Below are positions 24,966 to 37,805 of a DNA stretch of 64,000 nt, piece by piece (position 1 is the stretch's first letter; every line of letters begins with the position of its first letter). Both the position numbers and the translations under genes were made by a program. The stretch lies in assembly GCF_032444005.1 (NCBI RefSeq), contig NC_091288.1, positions 220,534,001 through 220,598,000 on the forward strand, read 5' to 3'. This DNA is from Ranitomeya imitator. Its lineage: Eukaryota. The notes under the pieces are model-generated. The model saw only the letters and a program-made list of their open reading frames with translations, did not search any database and was not told the DNA's origin.

Positions 24966-26965
24966 AGACAGGCAATTAACAGTAAAAAGAAAGCATTTGC
25001 ACTACTAAAGCAGGATGGCACCATTGAAGCTCTAAAAAACTATAGGGAGAAAAATACTTTATCTAAAAAACTAATTAAAGCTGCCAAAAAGGAAACAGAG
25101 AAGCACATTGCTAAGGAGAGTAAAACTAATCCCAAACTGTTCTTCAACTATATCAATAGTAAAAGAATAAAAACTGAAAATGTAGGCCCCTTAAAAAATA
25201 GTGAGGAAAGAATGGTTGTAGATGACGAGGAAAAAGCTAACATATTAAACACCTTCTTCTCCACGGTATTCACGGTGGAAAGTGAAATGCTAGGTGAAAT
25301 CCCAAGAAACAATGAAAACCCTATATTAAGGGTCACCAATCTAACCCAAGAAGAGGTGCGAAACCGGCTAAATAAGATTAAAATAGATAAATCTCCGGGT
25401 CCGGATGGCATACACCCACGAGTACTAAGAGAACTAAGTAATGTAATAGATAAACCATTATTTCTTATTTTTAGGGACTCTATAGCGACAGGGTCTGTTC
25501 CGCAGGACTGGCGCATAGCAAATGTGGTGCCAATATTCAAAAAGGGCTCCAAAAGTGAACCTGGAAATTATAGGCCAGTAAGTCTAACCTCTATTGTTGG
25601 TAAAATATTTGAAGGGTTTCTGAGGGATGTTATTCTGGATTATCTCAATGAGAATAACTGTTTAACTCCATATCAGCATGGGTTTATGAGAAATCGCTCC
25701 TGTCAAACCAATCTAATCAGTTTTTATGAAGAGGTAAGCTATAGGCTGGACCACGGTGAGTCATTGGACGTGGTATATCTAGATTTTTCCAAAGCGTTTG
25801 ATACCGTGCCGCACAAGAGGTTGGTACACAAAATGAGAATGCTTGGTCTGGGGGAAAATGTGTGTAAATGGGTTAGTAACTGGCTTCGTGATAGAAAACA
25901 GAGGGTGGTTATAAATGGTATAGTCTCTAACTGGGTCGCTGTGACCAGTGGGGTACCGCAGGGGTCAGTATTGGGACCTGTTCTCTTCAACATATTCATT
26001 AATGATCTGGTAGAAGGTTTACACAGTAAAATATCGATATTTGCAGATGATACAAAACTATGTAAAGCAGTTAATACAAGAGAAGATAGTATTCTGCTAC
26101 AGATGGATCTGGATAAGTTGGAAACTTGGGCTGAAAGGTGGCAGATGAGGTTTAACAATGATAAATGTAAGGTTATACACATGGGAAGAAGGAATCAATA
26201 TCACCATTACACACTGAACGGGAAACCACTGGGTAAATCTGACAGGGAGAAGGACTTGGGGATCCTAGTTAATGATAAACTTACCTGGAGCAGCCAGTGC
26301 CAGGCAGCAGCTGCCAAGGCAAACAGGATCATGGGGTGCATTAAAAGAGGTCTGGATACACATGATGGGAGCATTATACTGCCTCTGTACAAATCCCTAG
26401 TTAGACCGCACATGGAGTACTGTGTCCAGTTTTGGGCACCGGTGCTCAGGAAGGATATAATGGAACTAGAGAGAGTACAAAGGAGGGCAACAAAATTAAT
26501 AAAGGGGATGGGAGAACTACAATACCCAGATAGATTAGCGAAATTAGGATTATTTAGTCTAGAAAAAAGACGACTGAGGGGCGATCTAATAACCATGTAT
26601 AAGTATATAAGGGGACAATACAAATATCTCGCTGAGGATCTGTTTATACCAAGGAAGGTGACGGGCACAAGGGGGCATTCTTTGCGTCTGGAGGAGAGAA
26701 GGTTTTTCCACCAACATAGAAGAGGATTCTTTACTGTTAGGGCAGTGAGAATCTGGAATTGCTTGCCTGAGGAGGTGGTGATGGCGAAATCAGTCGAGGG
26801 GTTCAATAGAGGCCTGGATGTCTTCCTGGAGCAGAACAATATTGTATCATACAATTAGGTTCTGTAGAAGGACGTAGATCTGGGGATTTATTATGATGGA
26901 ATATAGGCTGAACTGGATGGACAAATGTCTTTTTTCGGCCTTACTAACTATGTTACTATGTTACT
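24966..26965 (+). mobile_element. 5'-truncated CR1-clade LINE with an unbroken RT frame
   Basis: Frame is open from about 24968 to the stop at 26858. YLDFSKAFD, GVPQGSVLGP and IFADDTKL intact. 3' tail TTACTAACTATGTTACTATGTTACT. Confidence 0.95.
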
Positions 26966-27688
26966 GGGGTTCTCTAGCTTGGGGAATACAAACGAAGAAA
27001 GATGAGGCAGAGCAGGTTGTGGAAGAACTGAGGAATAGAGATGAACCGAATCAAGAAAAATTGGATTTTTCCTGTTTGTGCAGATTTTCGATTCCCAGAG
27101 AAGTTATTTTCCAAAAATGTAATGTCTCTTATTATGCTTTGGGGTCTTTTAAGACGCCAGAGCATAATAAATGTAAGATGTAAAAAAAAACCCTAATACT
27201 CATCTCACCACTCAACTTTTCGGCCCATCCAGTCTTCATCATCATCGGTCTGTCCATGCTGCATCTTCAGATCGCTGCCGCTCGTGTTAAATTACCCCAG
27301 GCCTCTCACAGTGCTATGGCACTTCTGGGTTTGATTATGCTTGGGAGGGTTCTACACAAAATTCTTCTGGCCTAGTCAAACTTGGAAGCCCTGGCCTAGA
27401 CTGAGAACCCTGGGGATCTCAGCACAATCATAGGCGATCTGAAGATGTGGCAAGGACAGGGTGGGTGGGTGAGTAGAGGAGAGGCCAGATAGGTGAGCAG
27501 TGAAGTGAATTAAGTGTTTTGTTTTAAACATTTTAATTACATTTTTCTGAATCCTCGGTAAAAGGAATTACAAAAAATGTGCATTTTTCACTTGAGTTTA
27601 TTCGCTAATCTCCTCTGGGGATGCCTGTGCTAGTGCTGAGGAGATGACAAATGATATCCTAATGCTGAAATGCTGAGATGATCTAGAC

Positions 27689-27850
27689 CAGAGGTCCCCA
27701 ACTCCAGTCCTCAAGGCCCACCAACAGGTCATGTTTTCAGGATTTCCTTTGCATTGCACAGGTGATGCAATTATTACCTGGGCAAGACTAAGGAAATCCT
27801 GAAAACATGACCTGCTGGTGGGCCTTGAGGACTGGAGTTGGGGACCTCTG
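27689..27850. mobile_element. hAT MITE (162 bp, palindromic)
   Basis: TIRs CAGAGGTCCCCAACTCCAGTCCTCAAGGCCCACC and its complement. Perfect 8-bp TSD ATCTAGAC at 27681-27688 and 27851-27858. Confidence 0.93.
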
Positions 27851-28075
27851 ATCTAGACTTTGCCAATGCTGATATGCTCATGTGAGGAAGGACAGTTCTG
27901 AGGAGCATCATCGGTCAGGGGAGGGTCAGGAGGCCACCAAACATATTCAACGGTTGTCTGCTGTGGTCAAAATCGGGTGCTTTGTCCAATTAGGATACAG
28001 CCTTAAGTTATTAGTAAAATAATTTAAAACATTTGAAGAAATAGCTAAGAATATAATAAGACTTTTATTTTTCAG

Positions 28076-28762
28076 CTTCGAAAAACCAGGAAAATGATCA
28101 AGATCTTCAACTTCAAAGCAAAAAAACCTTCCACTTGGATCAAAAAGAGGAGTCTTGTAAAAACGGTGGTAATAAATCAGATCAAGGAAAATCCTATCTC
28201 TCCATAACTCGCAATAGAGCAGCATCTCCAGAATTTGACACGTCTCACCCCCAACATAGAGAAGACTCCCCAACATCTTTTGCAGATAATCCTCAGAATT
28301 TATCACCCACAACAGACCCAGAAAATATAGAAGTATATAAATCCTTAAAAGCAACCACATTCAAGAAGAAAGGATCACCTGGAGGAGAATATAAAGCCAG
28401 AGATTCAGGTGGGGAATGGTGGTCAGAAGAAAGGACAGAACCTTGTTATTCTCATTCAAAGCAGGTAGACACTTCCTCAAAAACAAAACCATGTAACAAA
28501 GATGACTTCCCATTACATAATCAAGAGGAGACCTTAGAACATGATCGTCAATGTGCAGGAAATAATTTAAAGTATGTCGGTAAAAGAACACCCTCAACAC
28601 TCTCAGAACAAGAATCCTCTTTCCCTGATCTCTTTCAAGACACAGAACTGTCCTCAATTCCTCAAGGTTTGGAGTCTCAATATGGAAATGAAAGTGCTAA
28701 GATCCACCGCTTACACGATGAAGTACATTCCTTGACTTCTAACCAATTGAAAGGGAATGTAG
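28076..28762 (+). CDS. Candidate large low-complexity coding exon (phase 1 to 1)
   Basis: Acceptor TTTTATTTTTCAG. About 229 open codons of S/E/D/K/Q-rich non-repeat sequence (SKNQENDQDLQ...LKGNV). Donor TAG|GTACCA in phase 1 fits the acceptor at 37806. Confidence 0.55.
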
Positions 28763-29384
28763 GTACCAGTTACTGACACTAACAGTAGTTATGAGTGAAT
28801 TACACAACTTCTACAGCTTGTTCATTTGGATTCGTATTTGGATTCCAGAGAATTTTTCCTAAAAGTTCACTAAGGGATCTTTCAGATGTCAATGTTTCCG
28901 GTAGCAGCACGGGCCGCAAAATGTTCCGCACATGTGCACACTGACGACACACGGATGACATCCCTTTGTCTTTAGTGTGATACGTACTGGTGCCTGGGAA
29001 TCAGCAGTACTGTTCGTGCTATTCCCTGGTGCCGGGTGCTGAAGTGAAGACAGCTCACATCATGGTACCCTGCTCGCACTGCAACCAGCGCTAGCAAGAG
29101 ACAATTTTGAGAGTTGAATTTAACTGTTAACGGTAAGAGCAAGCAGCGGCAGATGGGAGTATTCACCAGCTGCGCTATAAATAAATTTTAAGAAATGACA
29201 TGGGGCTCCCGTTTTTTTGATAACCAGAAAAGGCGCATCTGTTAGATGTGCCAATTCTGGCACTTTGCCCGACTCTTCCCACATGCCCTGTGGTGGTGGC
29301 AAGTGGGGTTCATATTTGTGGAGTTGGTATAATCTTTGAATTGTCCGGTGACATCAAGCCCATGGCTTAGTAATGGAGAATCCT

Positions 29385-29880
29385 CTACAAGAGAGAGGTT
29401 AAATATTTTAGTTAGGTGGGTAGTGACAACCAGGGAGAGAGACTGAAGGAGATGTGAGAGAATAGGGTTAAGGGTGTAGGACAAGAAGAAGCAAAGAGCT
29501 TGGTAGCATCCTCTTCTGTGACAGGCTGAAAGATGAAAAGTGAAGTTGATGTATGTGAGGGAAGGGGATCCAAGCTCTTTGGAGACTGGGGAAAAATGTC
29601 CTGATGAAGCTGATTGATTTTTTTTTATTGGACATAAGTGGCCAGATTGTAAGCTCTGAGTTTGGAGATGGGGGCCTGTACTTTAGGCTCAGAGGTGAAT
29701 GGTAAGGTTTGACGAGTCATTTTGGATTGTTTGATAATGATGTGATGAAGACAATGAAATTGTTTGTTTGGCCAGATGGATAGCAGAGTTATAAGTTTTA
29801 AGAATGAACTTATAGTGGATGAAAAATTGTGCTAAAACTGATATGCACATCACTGGCACTTGGCACGTGGAGCACAACTG
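29385..29880 (-). mobile_element. L2 LINE ORF2 fragment
   Basis: Minus translations IHYKFILKTYNSAIHLAKQ and NPILSHLLQSLSLVVTTHLTKIFNLSL are typical of the L2 pre-RT region. Confidence 0.7.
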
Positions 29881-30111
29881 GAGAATACGTGTTTGCAGCG
29901 TGTGCCAGGGTTGTTATTGTCCATGTCGAGTCTTTCTGCGTGTGGGAAATGCTGCTTCATCTATGCCATTTTCCAATGTCTTATTATAATGTGACAATGC
30001 TAGGACAGGAGAAGGAGGAGATGGGAGCCGAAAATGACTGTATGTTCAAAAATTGCTGGATATTGATGGCATGTACATTTCTATATATGTGATAAATGGA
30101 GGTGTCCTGAA

Positions 30112-30347
30112 TAGAGTTGAGCGAATTTTTTCAGATTTGGTTGACGAATCTGAATTTGCCATATTCTTGCCATATTGTTACCCAATTTGTGCCGAATGTA
30201 TGTTTGCTGATCGGTTCTAAACATATTCGGAAATTTCTACTCTCATTGACTCTAATGACGTTCGGCCGTGTTTGACAAATATTGCAAAAACAATATTTGC
30301 TGCCGATCATATTCAGAACGGAATCCGAACAAATTTGCTCAACTCTA
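30112..30347. mobile_element. hAT MITE
   Basis: TIRs TAGAGTTGAGCGAA / TTTGCTCAACTCTA. Perfect 8-bp TSD GTCCTGAA at 30104-30111 and 30348-30355. Confidence 0.9.
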
Positions 30348-31117
30348 GTCCTGAACAGGGCGATTGTTCTCGACAGGGAAAGAAAGAAGGTTGTGAACAA
30401 AAAGAAAGAGCAAGTGATTCTGTGATTTGTCTGAACGATTCGTGTGCTGTATGGTGGTAGTGGATGGCTTGGATTTTTTCAGAAAAGTGAGTAGAGCCTA
30501 ATCCCTTAACTTGGGAGGGAGGAGGTGAGAGGGACTGATGTGGAGAGAGAGCACAAAGTGTAAAAGGTCGGTGAGTGCCTGAGCTGTTTCGATAAACTGA
30601 TGACTAACTTCTAGTCTACTGATATATTTTTTTATGGTTTTGTAGTTTGATCAGACTCATCATGGTGGTACAAGACAAGGTAAGGGATATGAAATATAGA
30701 TAGAGTCCATGTATTTATCTTTTAAATTTTTATGTTATTTTTATGTTGTTGTTTTTTTAGGAAAACAAGGATTTACGATTGATTGTGGCCTACCAGTGAT
30801 CAAAAAGGTATTACAAATGGTGCTGAACCTCCAGGACTTTGCTGGGTTTGAGTTGCTGAGATGCAGAGAGGTGGATGATGATTCTCCCTCTGTAATGATT
30901 ATTATTAGGGATGTGGGACTTTATACTGTTCATTGACTGGTAGAATTAGACTATTTCACACGTTGCTTGTTTTGCTGCTTTTTTAATGCAAATTAAAAGC
31001 TGCTTTTTATAGAACCAGCAAAAGCTATGAGATTTGAGAAACCTGCACATGCTTCAGTTTTTCTTGACTGAATTGGAAAACTGCGCCTTATTAAAAACTG
31101 CAGCATGTCACTTCTTA

Positions 31118-31455
31118 GAGTATTGTGCACACGTTGCGGATTCGTGTGCAGATTTTTCCGCGCAGATTCCGAAAACTCCGCAGGTAGAACGCAGGGCGGA
31201 TTTACCTTGTTTTTTGTGCGGATTTCACCTGCGTTTTTACACCTGCGGATTCCAATTATGGAACAGGTGTAAAACGCTGCGGAATTCGCACAAAGACTTG
31301 ACATGCTGCTGAAAATAAACCGCAGCATTTCTGTGAGGAATTTTCCGCAGCATGTGCACTGCGGATTTGGTTTTCCATAGGTTTACATGGTACTGTACAA
31401 CGCATGGAAAACTGCTGCGAATCCGCAGCCAAATCCGCAACGTGTGCACAGACCC
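31118..31455. mobile_element. Harbinger-type MITE (same family as 9351-9697)
   Basis: TIRs GAGTATTGTGCACACGTTGCGG / CCGCAACGTGTGCACAGACCC with TTA on both sides. Confidence 0.8.
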
Positions 31456-32207
31456 TTACAGCATTTTTGCAGCATTTCTTTTACCCATAGAAAGCAATGA
31501 GTAAGCGCAAAAATGCAACAAAAAACTTGGACATCAGTTTTTGCAGTGTTTTTAGTGAAAAAAATTAGATACCGCAGGATGTGAAACCCATCTTGTTTTT
31601 GTGATTTTCTGAAGTTTATACCATGTCTTTGTGTCCTCACATTACCATGGATGCTAGGATTAGTACAGCTTAATGAAATTAGTGAGATGTGTGAAAGTGA
31701 ACATTGTCCGACCAATGTGTGAAACTGAATAATATATGGCCAACTCAAGGGCCGATTAATGTGGGAAAGTAAACCATGTCCGACCGACAAAATGCTTTGC
31801 TAATGTCTTGGGTAAGCTATGCCTGACCGATCCAACTGTCCCTGCTCTTTTTACATTTGCAATTGTTTATTTTTTTCATGAACTCGTGAACTTTTTTGTT
31901 CAGAAAAGTCACTATTTTTTCAGACATAAAAATCTTTTTCCACTACATAATTTGATCAAATTGCCCCTTTTTTCCAAAAATGATTTATGGTTTCACACAT
32001 GTCTTCGATTGGTGGCCGAACACTTTGCATTGTTTCTGCTTCTATGGTGGAACCAAAGCTGAAATTTGGGATACTGAAAAAGGTACTAAAAAATGCAGCA
32101 AAAAGACAGCAAAACCTGAGTTTTGTCTGCAGCTTTTTACCGCTAAGAGATCAGGTTTTGGCTGCAGAAAAAAAGGAGCAAAAAAGCAATATGTGAACAT
32201 AGCCTTA

Positions 32208-32604
32208 GGGTATGTGTACACGTCAGGATTTCTTGCAGAAATTTTCCTGACAAAAACCGGACATTTCTGCCAGAAATCCGCATGCGTTTTTACCGCGATT
32301 TTACCACATTTTTTCCACACGGTTTTGACGCGTTTTTGATGCGTTTTTGGTGCGTTTTTTTAAGCATTTTTTCCCAAATGCATAGAATAGCAGGAAAAAT
32401 GCAGAAAATCCGCAAAATTAATGAACATGCTGCTTTTTTTACCCCGATGCGTTTTTTTTTTTGCTGAAAAAAGCGCATCATGTGCACAAAACATGCAGAA
32501 TCCATTCTAAATTATAGGATGCATAATGTATGTGTTTTTAATGAGTTTTTATAGTGTTTTTACCGCGAAAAAATGCGAAAAAACCTGAACGTGTGCACAT
32601 AGCC
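32208..32604. mobile_element. Harbinger-type MITE (same family as 9770-10170), abutting another MITE end at 32204
   Basis: TIRs GGGTATGTGTACACGT / ACGTGTGCACATAGCC, flanked by TTA and TAA. Preceded by GTGAACATAGCC. Confidence 0.8.
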
Positions 32605-34659
32605 TAATAGTTTGTTCCTCACTGATTTTTTTTAATATCTGCCAGGAAATAACACCAAATAGAAGAAAAAACCTTAACTAAAACATTCCGGACTCCTACA
32701 GATTAATAGGATTTCTAGCTCAGCTGCATTATTCCTTGGCATCACTTGGCCACAGCCATAGTCAGTGACTCGGACTCACTTCATTGTCGGTCCCAGGTCC
32801 CTGCACTGCAGCTTTGCTTATTTGGCTTCCTTAAAGTGGTTGTCCAGTCTTCTGATAAGTCTGCAGTTGTGCCTATGTGACTACTGCAGAGTGTGGAATC
32901 CTAACCGTGTGTGATGCGCACTCTGCCAGGATTCTCCATTATTTCCAGTAAGAGCGTTAGCTTCGTGACTGCAAGTACTTCTGGCCGCATTTGGCTAGAT
33001 GTGCTCGGCCGCCAACAATACAAGTGAATTGAGTGAGTTTGAGCACATATAGAGGCCATGTTATTGCATATATGCAAATTGCACGCATACGGTCATGTGA
33101 CCGCCTGTTCTCACCGGCAATGCTGGGGAATCCTGACAGTGTGCATCACACCCTGCTGGAGTTCCCGCAGACTTCGCTGATATCGACGGGTTTCGGTTGA
33201 CAGTCCAATCTGCATGGTGGCACCGACCGATGATCGGAGATGTCAATCGCACATGTCCAATTTCCGATTATAATGTCAGACGAAGCTTTACATTATATCA
33301 AAGACAAAATAAAAACTCGAATCCAAAAGCAATGAAATCCAGTACATTGACCGAGACCTGGTTGTCCCCTTCATAACATACATACAGCGTTGATGAGCAG
33401 TGAGACGTTCTTCAGGTCTGGTGTAAGCACAGGAACCGAACTTGTGATGACCATGTCTCCATTTGTGTAGGAGCTGAAGATGCACTTACGTATGAGTGAT
33501 GTCAACACTAGAAATCAAACCTTCCAAAGCAATGAGAACGCCATAAGTGAGTACATACCTCCATGATTATCTTATCTGGTTTTTGCATTGTGGCTTTTTT
33601 GTCAGTTATAAATTATGCAGAAGTGAATGTAGGTTTTACAGCACCCTGAGCAAAAATTCCATTTCATGCTCCCTCCTATACACAGCGTAAGTGGTTTGAG
33701 TAGACTTCACGTGACCGCTCAGATGCAATTTGCACATTTACAGTAACTCGCTAACGAGCTGCTTTTCATAATTTACTCAATGTTCAGTGAAATACCACAG
33801 CCTCCATTTCACTGAGAGAAGTAGGAAAAGAAGCACGTTAGCATGTGCCCGTAGGTATGAAAATCACATACGAATGATGATGTGCTGACTCCCAGAACCG
33901 AATCCTGCGTATATTACACACTGTTCGGATAGGACATGCTACAGTACTTAATGTTCTAATTATTTCTTTATATATATAAAATTATATATAATTCTAATGT
34001 TACAGTTAATGCTACTAACATAAATACAGATGTAGTAACCCTTAACTTGTCAAATGGCACAATACTTTAACATAGACATGTATCACGCTATCTGACAAGT
34101 TATGATTTGTTAATCACGTATAGCATTCCCTATATATTAAACCCATATATATCATAGAGTGAAGGTACCATTAGATAAACAATAATTCACTATATTGGCG
34201 ACCACAAGTGAATAATGATCCCCCCCAAAAAAAAAAAAAAAAAAATTTTTTTGGGTACTAAAATAAATAATTTTATTATTGTAGTTATAAAATAAATATT
34301 TAAAAGATTTTTTTTACATATGAATAGTAGGAAAAAGGTGCTGGATTCAATTACAAACAGGGATCATAATGCCATGGGGAGATCTAGTTGTACATAACGG
34401 TCAAACAACAAAAAGTTTAAAATACAATGACATGATCCATTAAATGCCCAAGGATTTCCAATCAAAAGGCTTCAGAAACATGTGTGCCTATACTAAAGGA
34501 AAATATCCCATCCTTAATACAGCATCGAATGTCTCCCTATGTGTTAAGCCTGTGATAATGTCATATATCCTAGTATCTATCATTATAGACAACTAAATGA
34601 CACTACATTTTCTGATGAAGTATATTACCTGTATGACCGTATGTAATCCCCTGGCGTCT

Positions 34660-34702
34660 CACGCCCCGACATGCGTTTCCCTGTGCTTCTTCGGGAGGCG
34701 TG
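34660..34702 (-). ncRNA. Degenerate minimal type I hammerhead ribozyme motif
   Basis: Minus strand CACGCCUC-CCGAAGA-AGCACAGG-GAAAC-GCAU-GUC-GGGGCGUG: stem I, core variant and GUC cleavage triplet. Stem II is poorly paired. Confidence 0.55.
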
Positions 34703-34779
34703 ATTGTTATGATTTGTTACATGATTATGATTGTTATGATTTGTTACATGTGTACGGAATCAGAACAAAAAATATTACA

Positions 34780-35330
34780 GGAATGTATCACCAGAAACAC
34801 CGACAATACAGAAATATACTACCAGATCCACCAGCAGTACAAAAATACATAATTAGAACCACCATCAGTACAGAATTACATTACCATAACCGTTATCAGT
34901 ACAGGAATACATGACCAGAACCACCAATAAATACCAGAGTACATCACCGGAGCTATCATTAATATAGGAATACATCATCAGAACATCCATCAGTACATGA
35001 GTACATCACTAGAACCATCATCATAATATAAATATATCACCAGACCTCCATTACTACATGAATAAATCAACAGAACTGCCATTAGTATAGGCATCACCAG
35101 AACCACCAATTTGTATGTGAATACATCACTAGAACCACCATCAGCGCATGAAAACTCCACCAGAACCACCATCAGTAAATTAATACAACCACAGAACAAC
35201 CATTAGTACAGGAATTCATCACCAGAACCACCATCAGTACAGGAATGCATAACCAGAACCATTACTAGAAGCACCATCAGTATATGAATACAACTCCAGG
35301 ACCACCAAAAGTACATGAGTACAGTTCCAA
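34780..35330. repeat. Degenerate minisatellite of about 30 bp
   Basis: Recurring AGAACCACCATCAGTACA(G/T)GAATACATCACC. Confidence 0.75.
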
Positions 35331-35689
35331 GCTTAGTGCAGTGATCAAATGTGATGTCAGGTAAGCACCATATGCTATTGTATTGCATGAACCTATGATT
35401 CCCAGTATGTCCTTAATGAGCTACTGACAGTTGTTGTTATCAGTCATCATCAGACTGCAGACCATACAGGAACCACAGGACTAATGAGACGTAGTCAGTA
35501 TTACAAATAAACATTTACATGCAGGTACCTTATAAGTGACCTCTTCTCTGATTTGGAGTTGTTCGTCTTTGCACACTTCCCTCTTCTCTGGTCTTCTGCA
35601 GCACATCTCGATTCAGTGCCTTTAAAAATAAATCATTATAATGACTGAATAAATATATTTGCTGTACACTAATAATAATTGTCTTGCAC

Positions 35690-36620
35690 TCTGCTCCCTA
35701 TGCCTAGCCTTCACACTGTCCTCTTCTTTCCATACCGGACCTTATCTTCACACTCTCTTCTCAGACTGTGTTCCCCCTATATGACCCACTTTCCATACTG
35801 TACCCTCTTCTCAAACTCCCCTCTCTGCTTAATATGTACTCCATACTGTGCCCTCACACTATCTCCTATGCTGCCTCTATCCCTATCCATACTGTGCCCT
35901 CACACTGTCCCACTACACTGCTCCCTCTCTATACTGCCCCAGCACACTATCCTCCCACTATTCCCCTCAATACTGTCCCTTCACACTTTTCACCCCTATA
36001 CTGTTCCCTCACACATTTTCCCCACTTTCCCCCTATGCTGCTCCTCTCACTACACAGTCTCTATGTTGTACGTCCTAACACATTTCTCCCTCCATAATGT
36101 CCTTTGACACATTTCTCACCCATACTGTCCCCTAACACATTACCCTGCTCACCTGTACAGTCTTCGCACACATTTATATCCCCAATACTGTCTCCTTGCA
36201 CATTACTACCCAATCCCATACTGTTGCCTGACAAATCCCCCCCATATTGATAACATGTCCTCACACAATTGCCACATGCTCTCTCCTCACACATTTACCA
36301 CATTCCACTTATCATACTGCCTCCTCATACATTTCCTCATACTTCCCCCTCATGTATTCTCTTTGCCCATACTGCCTCCTTACACATTTTATTCTCCCTA
36401 TACTGTCTCCTCACACATTTAGTCCCTCCCTATACTGTCTCCTCACCCTCCCCATCTTTCCTCTCCCTATACTTGCTACTCACACATCCCCCTCCCAATA
36501 TTGCTTCCTTACAATTCTCTACCCTCCCCATACTGCCTCCTCATATAATTCCCTCCCCATACTGCCTTCTCACACATCCCCCTTTTCCAATACTGCCAAC
36601 TTACACATTTCCCTATTACA
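35690..36620. repeat. Pyrimidine-rich degenerate tandem repeat
   Basis: Recurring CCCCATACTG(T/C)CTCCTCACACAT. Confidence 0.75.
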
Positions 36621-37805
36621 TATTTATATGTCGATATGATCACTGCCAACTCCACAATAATAAAAGGAAATAGCTGCCACCATCAATTGTTTATACAGGA
36701 CGATTGGACACCCGTTGAGCTAGCATATTGTTTCAAGGGTGCGGTTTACAAGGCAAGAGGAACAGAACTATTACATTTTATATATTTAAGCCGAAGAGTA
36801 GGCAGTGTTTATGAAAAAAAAATCTACAAAGAAGTTACAAAATGGGGACAAAACAGTATGGTGTATACAATAATATAGAATAAAAGGGATAACAAAATAA
36901 AAGTACTAAGCCTGTGTCATGGAAAAGGCTCAGAGTTTATCAAAGGAAAGCACTCCTTAGAGCCAATCCTTAGGGCAACGGACAGAATCACAGAGTACTG
37001 TGTGTTCCAGAACTGAGAAATTACAAAAACGCAAACTCTGATTTTTATTAAATCAAGGATATCATATTGGGGGCTGGTCGTGGGATATGCTTGGTCTTTA
37101 GAAGACTATAAGATCCCCAACTTTCAAGATATCTTTACCCCTGCAGGTCCCAGGTGGGAGATACTGTTGTCATGTTTCGTATCACGATATTACCTTTCTA
37201 TAGAGCTGAAACATTGCATGGATAGCATCATCCTGGTGATGTGAGTGAATGTGTTATGTTCATCCCTTTGTTATGACATCGAATATATATGTCCCATAAA
37301 TATTGGATCAATGCAAACCCCAAAATTCATCACTGACTACAGGTTCCAGAGCGTCTGAGATATTTCCTTTGCACAGAGGAAGCCCCTGTTCTGCTCCACC
37401 TCTGATTTGGTGTGTGGTTCTCAACAGACCCCTGTTGTAATTGCCTGTTCACGGCTGGAGGTCCTATTTCAGTGGAGGATGAATTATCAGCTCTTTCTGT
37501 ACCTAGTTATAATTAATCCCATATGTTCAATGTGAGGATGATATGTCCCCTCTTAAGAGATGTTTTTATGGATTTTACAACAATCCTCTATATACTACAC
37601 CACACAGGACAGATCTTCAATATACAACACCACACAGAACAGATCCTGTATATACAAGACTACAACTTAGCAATTATAGATCCCTTTTATTAAACAAGAC
37701 ATAATAATGAACAGGCCCATATATTTTAATGTAGACAATGAAACATGTCATGAAATATTTTTAGTAGCGTCTATTACATTAAGCATTTTCTGATTTTTGT
37801 CTTAG

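Noticed and set aside
35679-36673. His/Pro/Leu/Ser-rich ORFs
   Set aside because: Artefacts of a pyrimidine-rich tandem repeat.
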